64,000 nucleotides of DNA from Spirochaetota bacterium. GTDB lineage: Bacteria > Spirochaetota > UBA4802 > UBA5550. Below the pieces are notes generated by a model. That model was not told the DNA's origin and did no database searches. It saw only the letters and a program-made list of their open reading frames with translations. Both the position numbers and the translations under genes were made by a program. The stretch is from assembly GCA_050298055.1 (NCBI GenBank), contig JBNKTL010000022.1, positions 1 to 64,000 on the forward strand. The letters run 5' to 3'. Below are positions 20,048 to 30,065 of this stretch, piece by piece. Each line of letters opens with the position of its first letter. The stretch's first letter is position 1.

Positions 20048-21266
20048 GACAACAGTGGAAAGAGAAGAAATCACCGATGAACCTGATCTCATAAAAAAAA
20101 AGAGCACCTTGCGATTTGTTCTCCGGGAGATGAAACCGAAGGGGAATATCTTCACTCCGTTTAATTTTATTTCAATACCCATCATCATCACAGGACTGGT
20201 TATTCTCTTCTTCAGGTTCTATTACGGGCTTGGTTCCGTGACAAACCTGTCACAGGAGTTTCCCTGGGGCTTCTGGGTGGGTTTTGATGTTGTAACGGGG
20301 GTCGCTTTCGCAGCAGGAGCGTATATCATAACCTTTACCGTATATATCATGAGGGCCGAGAAGTATCACCCCATTGTCAAGGTCACGGTCCTGAACGGGT
20401 TTCTGGCTTATGTCTTCTACGCCGGGGCGCTGGCCCTTGACCTCGGACGTCCCTGGAAGATCATTAACCCGCTCATAGGGAACTCTTTCGGTTATAACTC
20501 GGTCCTCTTCCTTGTGGCCTGGCATTTTATGCTCTATATGATAGCGCAGTTTATCGAGTTTTCACCGGTTGTAGCGGAATGGCTGGGATATGAAAAAGCC
20601 AGACGGTTTCTCCGGAAGCTCACACTGGGGGCAGTGATATTCGGAATAACCCTTTCCCTCCTGCACCAGTCGGGGCTGGGGGCGCTCTTTCTCCTGGCGA
20701 AGTCGAAGATCCATCCCCTCTGGTATACGGAGTTCATCCCCCTCCTCTTTGTGGCGTCGAGCATACCCGCGGGCCTCTCCATGATACTCTTTGAGAGCAG
20801 TATAAGCCACAGGGTGTTCAGCCATAAGATCGACCCGGAAAGCCATCACAGGTTTGAGGATATCCGGTTCGGCCTGGCGAAGGGGGCCGCCATATCCCTT
20901 TTTGTCTATTACTTCTTCAAGGCGATCATTTTTATCCACGGCCACCACTGGTCGCTCATGGGGGACATCTGGGGTGTATGGTACTTTGTGGAAGTCATCG
21001 GCTTTGTGCTTGTACCCTGCGTTATGTACGCCCACGCATACAGGAACAGGAACAGGGGCCTCATCAGTATAGCATCGGTCATAACACTTATCGGTATCGT
21101 GATCAACAGGCTCAATATATCGATTATTACATTCAACTGGAAGTCGGAGGTCAGGTACTACCCTTCGTGGCAGGAGATCGTTGTGACCCTGATGATCATC
21201 TCAATTGAGATATGGGCCTTCCGCTGGGTAGTCAACAGGATGCGGGTCTTTGAAGAAGACCATTAA
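20040..21266 (+). CDS. NrfD-family integral membrane subunit (HybB/HmcC-like)
   Basis: GLGSVTNL..FPWG.W..FDV..GVA, DLGRPW, LSLLHQSGLG; about 10 TM; GGGAGG RBS before ATG 20040. Confidence 0.9.
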   Translation: MTKTTVEREEITDEPDLIKKKSTLRFVLREMKPKGNIFTPFNFISIPIIITGLVILFFRFYYGLGSVTNLSQEFPWGFWVGFDVVTGVAFAAGAYIITFTVYIMRAEKYHPIVKVTVLNGFLAYVFYAGALALDLGRPWKIINPLIGNSFGYNSVLFLVAWHFMLYMIAQFIEFSPVVAEWLGYEKARRFLRKLTLGAVIFGITLSLLHQSGLGALFLLAKSKIHPLWYTEFIPLLFVASSIPAGLSMILFESSISHRVFSHKIDPESHHRFEDIRFGLAKGAAISLFVYYFFKAIIFIHGHHWSLMGDIWGVWYFVEVIGFVLVPCVMYAHAYRNRNRGLISIASVITLIGIVINRLNISIITFNWKSEVRYYPSWQEIVVTLMIISIEIWAFRWVVNRMRVFEEDH

Positions 21267-21281
21267 AAGGAGGTAAAAAAA

Positions 21282-21422
21282 ATGCCGGGACATCTGGAAA
21301 CATACACATACGTGAATATCTTCGAAACAAAGGGCCTGGAGTACCTGCTGCTCATCAGCTTCCTGGTGCTCTTTATTCTCTTTATCAGGTATTTTCTCTC
21401 GGACAGACCCGCTGGGAAATAG
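21282..21422 (+). CDS. 46-aa single-TM protein (HmcD-like candidate), absent from ORF track
   Basis: AAGGAGGT RBS; MPGHLETYTYVNIFETKGLEYLLLISFLVLFILFIRYFLSDRPAGK; 15 bp after the NrfD gene. Confidence 0.75.
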   Translation: MPGHLETYTYVNIFETKGLEYLLLISFLVLFILFIRYFLSDRPAGK

Positions 21423-21512
21423 TCAATGGAAGTGACACAGAGGGGAAGATGCTCCCCTCTCTGACATTTAATTTTTCATCTGAGAATTTTCTCAGGGTAC
21501 AATGGTCTATGT

Positions 21513-21920
21513 TTAATCACAATTGACTGTAGCGTTAACCTTAATTAGATCAGAGTCCCCATAATTAGTATGATAAGTTACCGCATCAATACCTGTTTCT
21601 TCAACTGTCCCGCTCACAACATGATCACCCTCATAGACGGTCAGTGTTGTCCCGTCATACCTGTAGATTATGGGATCATCGGTATCAACACAGTAATCCG
21701 AATTTTCGTATGAAAGGTCATAGCCGCCCCCTTTCCCGTCAAAGCGGGAACCGTCACCAACACCCGTACCAAATACACTATCACTCCACCAGTCTCCCAC
21801 AATCTGGTCCTCCGCTCCCCCCATGGGAATGCTGTCGCTTTCGTCTCCCCCAAAGCATGAGAGGAACAGGCCCATGCATATCAGTAAAAAAACCGCCAGT
21901 ATGCTGTTCATTTTTTCCAT
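21513..21920 (-). CDS. Acidic hypothetical lipoprotein
   Basis: Lipobox LFLSC; AAGGAG RBS; IVG.W motif suggests a lipocalin-like barrel. Confidence 0.7.
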   Translation of the reverse strand: MEKMNSILAVFLLICMGLFLSCFGGDESDSIPMGGAEDQIVGDWWSDSVFGTGVGDGSRFDGKGGGYDLSYENSDYCVDTDDPIIYRYDGTTLTVYEGDHVVSGTVEETGIDAVTYHTNYGDSDLIKVNATVNCD

Positions 21921-22062
21921 AATTTTCTCCTTAATTGCGAAATGCTATCCGCTATTACCCGGATGTCAAAAACTTTTTTTATTATTCGGCACAAAAGTGA
22001 ATGTGCTTGCAATATACACCCTTATTTTTACTCTATCAAAAATTACAGGCGAGGAGAATGTT

Positions 22063-22644
22063 ATGCTTTTTATTGAACCTCCAAAAATAAAAAATCCGCT
22101 TTTAAAATTCCTTATCTGGATCGGTGATAAAGGTGCGGGGAAAAAGATGATGCCCTCCCGGATCCTGGCATGGTATCCCCGGGCGCTCATCAATTCGGGG
22201 ATCTTCGAGAGCCTGGTGACCCACAGCGACCGGTCGGTAAGCAAAAGGATCCTCAAGCTGGTGAGAATGACCGTCTCCTTTACCGTGTCCTGCCCCTTCT
22301 GTATCGATATGAACTCCTGGGAATTCGAAAAGATGAACATAAGTGAAGAGGAGATAGAGGCACTTCAGGAGGTAATAGTCCTCGATAAAGTAACAACTCT
22401 CAATGAAAGGGAAAAAACGGCCATACGGTATGCCCGGGCAATCTGCAGCACCCCCATTGCATTTGATGAGACATTAATAGCTGATTTAAAAAATTTATTC
22501 GATGAAAGAGAAATCGTCATTCTCGCCTCCACAGCGTCGCAGGTCAATTACTGGACCCGGCTCATTCAGAGCTTCGGGATAACCCCGGCGGGTTTTCATG
22601 ACAACTGCCCCATATTAAAACTTGATAAATATGCGGGGGACTAA
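22063..22644 (+). CDS. Carboxymuconolactone decarboxylase/AhpD-family protein
   Basis: VS..VSCPFCIDMN motif; GAGGAG RBS before ATG 22063. Confidence 0.8.
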   Translation: MLFIEPPKIKNPLLKFLIWIGDKGAGKKMMPSRILAWYPRALINSGIFESLVTHSDRSVSKRILKLVRMTVSFTVSCPFCIDMNSWEFEKMNISEEEIEALQEVIVLDKVTTLNEREKTAIRYARAICSTPIAFDETLIADLKNLFDEREIVILASTASQVNYWTRLIQSFGITPAGFHDNCPILKLDKYAGD

Positions 22645-22647
22645 AAA

Positions 22648-22809
22648 TCACAACAAGAGCTTTTTATATATATACCCGATCTGGGACGAATCAACATCAT
22701 ATTTCAGTGCGATATCCAGCCATGTTGAGCCTTCAAGAAGCATTTTAACAATTCCCTGTATAGTATCAACTGATAAATCTTTTACATATTTATCATCCAT
22801 TGTGTCCAT
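22648..22809 (-). CDS. 53-aa stand-alone helix-turn-helix-like protein, absent from ORF track
   Basis: MDTMDDKYVKDLSVDTIQGIVKMLLEGSTWLDIALKYDVDSSQIGYIYKKLLL. Confidence 0.55.
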   Translation of the reverse strand: MDTMDDKYVKDLSVDTIQGIVKMLLEGSTWLDIALKYDVDSSQIGYIYKKLLL

Positions 22810-23071
22810 GAGACTTCCCCATTGAAAATTTCTTCCGGTCTGTCTGCACTATTTTTACCGGATGATTCTCATTATAAATATCTCTTTTCAATGAGACTTT
22901 TCATGTTGACTTTCATCCGGAGAAAACAAATAACCTGCGTTATATACTGATTATAGACACTCAGGATAATATAACAATCGTTAAAACGATGATATTTTTG
23001 TGGTCATTTCGTTTACGGCAAACAGGAAAGAAGAAAGCCGGGCCGGGAGTAATTTATTTTTACGAAAAAGA

Positions 23072-25249
23072 CTATTTCGAAATAAACCTGTAGTACTCAT
23101 ACATTTTCGCGAAGGCCTTCACGGCGCGTTCGGGAGATTCATAGAAAAGTCCTTTGTAGGGGCTCCCCTCCACCTGGTAGACTGTCAGGTCTTTTTCATC
23201 GGAGAGAAGATTGACTCCATAAACGGGTTTTTCATACTTTTCCATGATCCGGGCGATAAACTCCCGGTATTCGCTTTCAAATTGTAACATGAGCTCATTT
23301 ATCGAGTTCAGGGTCTCAACAGGATACGAGGGGTCCGCCCTCTGCATTTTCTCTATCTGCATTTTTACGAATATCCTCCTCCCGTGAATCCCGAGGTTTA
23401 TCACGCCGTCACACCCCTCCCACTGAAGAAGCGCCTCCATGACCGCCAGGGGGATTTTCGGGTCATACTCGCCCACAAGGTCCAGGGGATTTGCCCTGCT
23501 CCAGTAATCGGGAAGTATTTTGTCCACGGATTTTATGATCCCGGGAGAGAGTTCCGGGACCTCAAGCCCGTAGTAGGTGCACAGATCAGCCGTTATGACT
23601 CCCCAGCCTCCCCCAAAGGTCATAATACCCACACGCTTTCCTCTGGGGAGAGGAAGCGACGAAAAAGCGGCTGCCAGGTCAAGCAGGTCCAGAGACTGCT
23701 TCACCGTTACAATACCGCTCTGCCGGCAGGCAACGTCAAAGATCTTCGAGTCGGATGTCATGGCGCCCGTATGACTGGACGCGGCTTTGTTGCCCGCTTC
23801 GCTCTGTCCTCCCTTGAGGAGAATGATGGGCTTTTTCTTTCCCACTCTTTTTGCGCTTTCAAAAAAGCGGCGCCCGTTTTTCACGCTTTCCATATAAATG
23901 ATCACAGTCTCCGTAAGTTCATCCACTTCAAAACCGTCAAGGAAATCTTCGATGCTGATCATCGCCTCATTCCCGGAACCGCAGAAGCCCCGGATACCGA
24001 TCCCCTGCTGCTCCGCAAAGGCCATAAGCTGTACACCCATATTTCCCGACTGGGAGACCATGGCAGTACTTCCCGGGAGCGGTGAAACCGGGGCGCCAAC
24101 TGTGTGGAGGGAGATATGGGGATTTGAAATACCCATTGTGTTCGGGCCCAGGACCAGGACCCCGGCCTTCCGGGCGCTTTCCACCAGTTCCCTTTCAAGC
24201 TCTTTCCCCTTTTCACCTGTTTCACTGAAACCGGATGAAATGAGCAGCATGTTCTTTACACCCTTCTCTTTAAACTGCGGGAGCAGGTCCCTGACCAGCG
24301 AGGCCGGAATGGTTACGATACCGAGGTCCACATCACCGGGAATATCCGGAAGGGATTTATATACGGTTCTGCCGGCAATCTCCCCTCCCCGGGGATTCAC
24401 GAGATAAATTTCACCTTCGTAACCGCCGCTTATGGTGTTGACGACCAGGGTATTCCCCCACTTTCCTATCTGCCCCGATGCGCCGATAAACGCAATAGAC
24501 CTGGGATAGAAAAGGTCTCTTATCCGGGAAGGATCAACCGCAGGGGGATAAATCGTCTCCTCCGTTTGTTTTGAGAGTACCACAAGGGCGTCAACGGCTG
24601 TGACTTCTCCCCCGGGACTAACGAGAAGCGGGTTAATATCTATTTCTGATATTTCAGGATGTTCGGTCCCTATTTGAGAAAGGCCCGTAAGTGTCCTGAT
24701 CAGCATCTCCCTGTGGGCCTCTTCCTCTCCCCTGAACCCGCCGAGGAGTTTTTTCGCATTGATCTCCTCCAGCATTTCACCTGCATCATCCGCTGTGACA
24801 GGGGCAACACGGAATGTAACGTCAGAGAGAGCCTCTGTAAAGACACCTCCCAGGCCGAACATGACCACGGGCCCAAACTGCTCATCACGGAAAAGACCGG
24901 CAACAAATTCCCTTTTTCCCCGGAGATAAGGCTGCACCAGGAACCCTTCAAGGGCATCTCCCCCGCTCTTCCTCATTTCAATAAGGGATTTTCTTATTTC
25001 ATCTTCACTTTTAATGTCCAGATGGACAAGGCCCATCTCGGTCTTGTGAAGGATCCCGGCGCCCATGCCTTTGATCACCAGGGGAAAGCCGATTTTTTCC
25101 GCAGCCTTAAAAGCTTCCTTTTTACCGGCAACCTCAATCTCCCTGACCACCGGTATTCCAAAGCTGCCGAGAAAATCTTTTGCGTCCTTCTCTGAAAGTG
25201 TATTTCTGCCCGACTGCAGTTCCCTGTTAATTATTGTCTTTATGTTCAC
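23072..25249 (-). CDS. ADP-forming acyl(acetate)-CoA ligase, fused form with N-terminal ATP-grasp
   Basis: HKTEMG, FGPVVMFGLGG, DINPL (beta part), then IGAS, GPNTMG, SQSG, AASSHTGA (alpha part). Confidence 0.9.
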   Translation of the reverse strand: MNIKTIINRELQSGRNTLSEKDAKDFLGSFGIPVVREIEVAGKKEAFKAAEKIGFPLVIKGMGAGILHKTEMGLVHLDIKSEDEIRKSLIEMRKSGGDALEGFLVQPYLRGKREFVAGLFRDEQFGPVVMFGLGGVFTEALSDVTFRVAPVTADDAGEMLEEINAKKLLGGFRGEEEAHREMLIRTLTGLSQIGTEHPEISEIDINPLLVSPGGEVTAVDALVVLSKQTEETIYPPAVDPSRIRDLFYPRSIAFIGASGQIGKWGNTLVVNTISGGYEGEIYLVNPRGGEIAGRTVYKSLPDIPGDVDLGIVTIPASLVRDLLPQFKEKGVKNMLLISSGFSETGEKGKELERELVESARKAGVLVLGPNTMGISNPHISLHTVGAPVSPLPGSTAMVSQSGNMGVQLMAFAEQQGIGIRGFCGSGNEAMISIEDFLDGFEVDELTETVIIYMESVKNGRRFFESAKRVGKKKPIILLKGGQSEAGNKAASSHTGAMTSDSKIFDVACRQSGIVTVKQSLDLLDLAAAFSSLPLPRGKRVGIMTFGGGWGVITADLCTYYGLEVPELSPGIIKSVDKILPDYWSRANPLDLVGEYDPKIPLAVMEALLQWEGCDGVINLGIHGRRIFVKMQIEKMQRADPSYPVETLNSINELMLQFESEYREFIARIMEKYEKPVYGVNLLSDEKDLTVYQVEGSPYKGLFYESPERAVKAFAKMYEYYRFISK

Positions 25250-25329
25250 CCATGGACCTCTTCATTCACACTCTCGTGCTCTTTTTCATTCTCTCTTTTA
25301 AGCCGGGACCCGCAACGGGAAACCGGTAA

Positions 25330-25707
25330 CTATTTTTTCTTAAACTGTTCTATGAACTTTACCATATTCTCTTCGGGAATATCGCCGCTTATCCTGTCCA
25401 GTTCCTTTTCACCGGGCCCCATGAGGATAAATGTCGGTGTTGCAGTAATCCCGAACACAATCAGCTTGTCCCTTCCCTCTTCTGTTTTTATGTTTATGAT
25501 TCTAAACTCATTGAGCAGCGGTTCATACTGTTTCCTTAGCCTCTCAACGACAGGCTCCATCTTATGGCAGATCGGTCAGGTTGGATCATAAAACTGGACA
25601 AAGGTAATATCTTTAAGTGTATAGGTCTTCTTCCCGGAACAGCCTGGTCCGGAAACCAGTGCAAAAAGAACAAGTACTGTAAAGAACGGATTAAATATCT
25701 TTACCAT
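25330..25707 (-). CDS. Selenocysteine thioredoxin-like lipoprotein (UxxC; Sec44)
   Basis: ATG 25707: MVKIFNPFFTVLVLFALVSGPGC...FVQFYDPT-U(TGA 25576-25578)-PICHKMEPVV...GITATPTF; CCAT-AAG-ATGG hairpin follows the UGA. Confidence 0.85.
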
Positions 25708-26253
25708 CTATTTACCTCCTTCGAGTTCTTCGACTTTTTTCAGCATGCTCTTGAGGTCCCGGGGATCATTGAGCCCGGAACTCTGCCTGTACCACACAAT
25801 ACCCTTTTTATCAATAAGAAAACTGTACCTGTTGGCGACCCTTTCCCTTTCATTATAAATACCGTACAGCCTTGAGACCTTCCTGTCCCAGTCAGAGAGA
25901 AGGTCAAAGGGAAGATTCAGCTCTTTCCTGAAGGCCGCGTGAGACGCGTAACTGTCAAGACTGATACCGAAAACTTCGGTATTCAACTCCCCTAACCGTC
26001 TCATGTTCTTACGGTAATCAGAGAGTTCTCCCGCTCAGGTTGATGTAAAATCCAGGGGATAAAAGACCAGGATCACATTTCTCTTTCCCCTGAAATTGCT
26101 CAGTGTAACATTCATCTGCACCTGGTTTTTGAGAGTGAAATCGGGTGCGGTGTCTCCCGTACCGGGTATTTTTCCCTTTCTCCCGCACCCGGCTGAAAAG
26201 TTCAGGAGCAGAAGAACGGCCAGTAATTGAACGGTTAACTTCTTTAACTGCAC
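25708..26253 (-). CDS. Selenocysteine peroxiredoxin (AhpC/TSA) lipoprotein (TxxU)
   Basis: ORFs 26035..26253 and 25708..26004 join through TGA 26035-26037: FYPLDFTST-U-AGELSDY...GISLDS...LLSD...R.SFLIDK; AGGAGG RBS; lipobox FSAGC. Confidence 0.88.
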
Positions 26254-26715
26254 TTAGATTACCTCCTGTAGTGGAATGACCAGTTTATAAAGGCTATTTT
26301 ATATTCATTCTCATGTCAAGCCTGATATTTCTCATTCCTTAAGCGAATAGAGGAGTGTGAATTAAATTCCGGAAAATTATGGTATAAATGTACTTTTTGT
26401 AAAAAGTTTTAATTAATCCCGGTCATCAATCGTATTAATATTTGGGAAGAATATTGCTATTCTCACTTTATACAATGAGAGGATGGGATAATATGAGAAC
26501 GATCACAACCGAATAGAGTATTTTATTACTGATGTCACAATGAATAAAATGTTCTTTGTAACTGGTAAATTCATTATAATACTGGAATGCCCGAAGAAAA
26601 ACTAAAATAATTTTCATAAAAATATCTGAATGTCAAAAATCTTACAAAATATTACACAAACCTTCATCCAAGCATTTTATTCACATCTCTACGGGATAAT
26701 AACAAATAAAAAATA

Positions 26716-26745
26716 TTGACATTCTTCATTCCTCCTTTTTATATT
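26716..26745 (+). promoter_or_regulatory. Candidate sigma70 promoter for the periplasmic fdh operon
   Basis: TTGACA-18 nt-TATATT, about 125 bp upstream of ATG 26872. Confidence 0.45.
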
Positions 26746-26871
26746 TATTCCAGTTTATATTGGGATTCACTCCTAAACAGTGTAGAGATCCATATAAATA
26801 TTGAAAGGATTTCTGCTTTCTTACCGTTTATTAAAAACTTAGTTTTTTTACAACTATTGGAGAGCTAAATT

Positions 26872-29800
26872 ATGGAGAAAATCAGTCGAAGGTCTTTTTT
26901 CGGAAAAGGGGCTGCTTCGGTAGGGACAGCTGTGTCCGTTTTCTCGCTTTCTACCAATTCTGCCCGGGCCGACACCGGGGTCTTTAAAACATACAGAACT
27001 AAAGAGACAACCACTATTTGTCCCTTCTGTGCTGTGGGCTGCGGGCTGATCGTCAGCCAGCGGGACGGCAGAATTGTTAATACTGAAGGCGACCCGGATC
27101 ATCCTATTAATGAAGGTTCTTTATGCTCTAAAGGAGCAGGGCTGATTCAGACCTCGGTAAACAAGAGAAGATTAAATCATGTTCTCTATCGCGCGCCGGG
27201 ATCAAATCAGTGGGAAAAAAAGGACTGGAAGTGGGCAATTGAAAAAATTGCAAAGAACATCAAGGCGACAAGGGACAAAACCCTTGTGAGAAAAAAAGGC
27301 GGCTTTCTTGTCAACAGGACAGACGGGATTGCCCAGATCGGAGGGGCCGCCCTTGACAACGAAGAATGCTACCTGATTGTCAAAATGGCCCGGGCGCTGG
27401 GTCTTACCTGGATCGAACACCAGGCCCGTATCTGACACTCCTCAACTGTCGCCAGTCTGGCGAACTCTTTTGGCCGCGGGGCCATGACCAATCACTGGAT
27501 AGATATCCAGCACTCAGACGTTATTATCATCATTGGCAGCAATGCCGCGGAAAATCACACCGTTGGAATGAAATATGTGAACAAGGCGCTTGAGAAGGGA
27601 GCCAAACTTATCAGCATTGACCCAAGGTTTACCCGGTCATCATCCCTCTCTGACATCTATGCTCCCCTTCGTTCGGGCACGGATATCGCCTTTATGGGGG
27701 GTATCATTAACTATGCCCTGCAGAACAACAGGGTGCATAAGGACTATATCGTTAACGCCACAAACGGTTCCTTCCTCATCAACCCGGGGTTCGGGTTCAG
27801 GGACGGACTGTTTACCGGCTACAGCGAAGCCAAAAGGTCCTATAACAACTCCACCTGGGGATACCAGCTGGACGGAGGGGGTAATCCCCGACAGGACAAG
27901 TCCCTCAGCAGCCCTAACTGTGTATACCAGATCATGAAAAAACATTACTCACGGTATACACCCGATGTGGTTTCCGGCATAACCGGGTGCCCCAAGGATG
28001 TTTTCCTCAAGGTCGCGGAGCTCTATACATCCACCTCTGCTCCTGACAGGGTGGGTACCATAATGTATGCCATGGGAACCACCCAGCATACTGTGGGGAC
28101 CCAGAACATTCGGACATACGCCATGCTGCAGCTCCTTATGGGTAATGTTGGAAAAGCCGGCGGCGGAATCAATGCCCTCAGGGGTGAATCGAATGTCCAG
28201 GGTTCTACCGATATGTGTCTTCTCTTTCATATCCTGCCCGGCTATCTCAAAACACCCCAGCCAAAGGACAGGGACCTGGCAACCTATATCAAGAAGTATA
28301 CACCGGTTTCAAATGACAAGAAGTCCGCTAACTGGTGGTCAAACACAAACAAGTATATTGTCAGCCTCCTGAAGGCCTGGTGGAATGACCATGCCACTGC
28401 CGATAAGGAGGGAGGGTTCTGCTACAACTACCTGCCCAAGCGTGAGGGATGGATGGACCACATCACCCTCTTCGAGCAGATGTACGTGGGCCAGTTTGAA
28501 GGCCTCATCCTCTGGGGACAGAACCCGGTTGTGGGCGGTCCCAACGTCCAGAAGGAGCAAAAAGCCCTGGAAAAACTGAAGTGGATGGTCGCCGTGGATC
28601 TCTGGGAAACGGAAACTTCCGCATTCTGGAAAGCACCGGGGGCTGATTCTTCAAAGATCAACACAGAGGTTTTCCTCCTTCCCGCGGCCTCTTCAATGGA
28701 GAAGGAGGGTTCCGTAACAAACTCGGGACGCTGGGCACAGTGGAGATACGCTGCCATTCAGCCGGGTGATCCGGGCTGGCACGGTGACGCGCGTCCGGAC
28801 CTCTGGATCGTTGATGCCCTGTTTAAGGAAGTGAGGAACCAGTATAAAAAAGATAAAGGCACGTTTCCCGACCCTATCCTCAACCTCTTCTGGGACTACG
28901 GGACAGGTGAGACCACCGACCCCCACAGGGAGCCGGATGTCCACCAGGTTGCCCGTGAGATTAATGGTTACTTCACCCGGGACACAAAGGTAAAGGGAAA
29001 ACTCTTCAAAAAGGGGACCCAGGCCCCCAGCTTCGGTTTCCTCCAGGCAGACGGTTCAACAATGAGCGGCAACTGGCTCATGAGCGGAAGCTATGTTGGA
29101 TGGAGCTCCAGTGAGGGGAAAAAGACTGATACGCACTATGTTAACAATAACGCCGGGCAGTTCTCAAACAGGCTGGCAAGAAGAATAGCCGAAAAGAACG
29201 AACCGAAGGCGCAGAAGCTCATTGCCCGGGGACGGGCCGAAGGCCTCAACCTCAACTGGTCATGGACATGGCCTGTTAACAGGAGGATCATCTATAACCG
29301 CGCGTCTGTAGACAACAGCGGCGTTCCCTATGATAAGGACAAATGGGTTATCAACTGGAATCCTTCCCTCAAGGGGGGAAAGGGGGCCTTTGAAGGAGAT
29401 GTTCCCGACGGTGGATGGGCCCCGGGGACAAAATATCCCTTTATTATGCTTCCGGAAGGTCATGCGCGGCTCTTTGCCAAGGGCCTCAGAGACGGACCCA
29501 TGCCGGAGCACTATGAGCCGGTGGAATCTCCCTTCGGAAAGGAAAATCCCATGCCGGGAAACAGCATCGCTTTCAACCCCGTAATTCTCCAGTACTTCAA
29601 GGGCACGAAGCTTCAATGCGAGATGAACAAGATCGGTGAATGCGATGTCTTTCCCATCGTCTGTACAACATACAGGCTCAGCGAACACTGGCAGGCAGGG
29701 GCCATGACAAGGAACCAGCCGTGGCTCTCAGAGCTTATGCCCGACTTCTTTGTGGAGATGAGCAAGGAGCTGGCCGCAAAGATCAAGGTCAAAAACGGTG

Positions 29801-30054
29801 AAAAGGTAAAGCTTAACTCTGCCCGGGGAAGTGTGGAGGCATACGCCCTGGTTACCGCGCGTTTTAAACCGTTTAAACTTAAAGACAGCAAGGGTAAGGA
29901 TATGTTAGTCCACCAGGTGGGCATCCCGTGGCATTTCGGATACCAGGGTATCTCACAGGGTGATAGTGCAAACTTCCTTACGCCTCATGTGGGGGATGCT
30001 AACACCAATATTCCGGAATTTAAAGCATTCCTCTGCAATGTTGTGAAGGCATAA
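26872..30054 (+). CDS. fdnG: Tat-exported selenocysteine formate dehydrogenase alpha subunit (FdnG-type; Sec188)
   Basis: SRRSFF signal, CPFCAVGC, IEHQARI-U(TGA 27433-27435)-HSSTVASLANSFGRGAMTNHW, ALRGESNVQGSTD, PEFKAFLCN. Confidence 0.95.
27449..27463 (+). promoter_or_regulatory. Bacterial SECIS-like hairpin for the fdnG UGA
   Basis: TCGCCA-GTC-TGGCGA, starting 13 nt after the UGA. Confidence 0.7.
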
Positions 30055-30065
30055 GGAGCATCACT

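Noticed and set aside
19163..21266. Calling this a [NiFe]-hydrogenase-2 operon
   Set aside because: No small or large hydrogenase subunit or maturation genes are adjacent
21823..22062. N-terminal extensions in the ORF track for the AhpD-like gene (and similarly 13461, 20004, 30829, 36626, 55391)
   Set aside because: They overlap other genes or promoter DNA; downstream ATGs have clear RBSs and match family N-termini
5890..30054. Treating the four UGA-split genes as pseudogenes, or as evidence for a UGA=Trp/Gly genetic code
   Set aside because: Each internal UGA is at a catalytic Cys/Sec position, and many other genes in the window end normally at TGA, including ATGA overlaps
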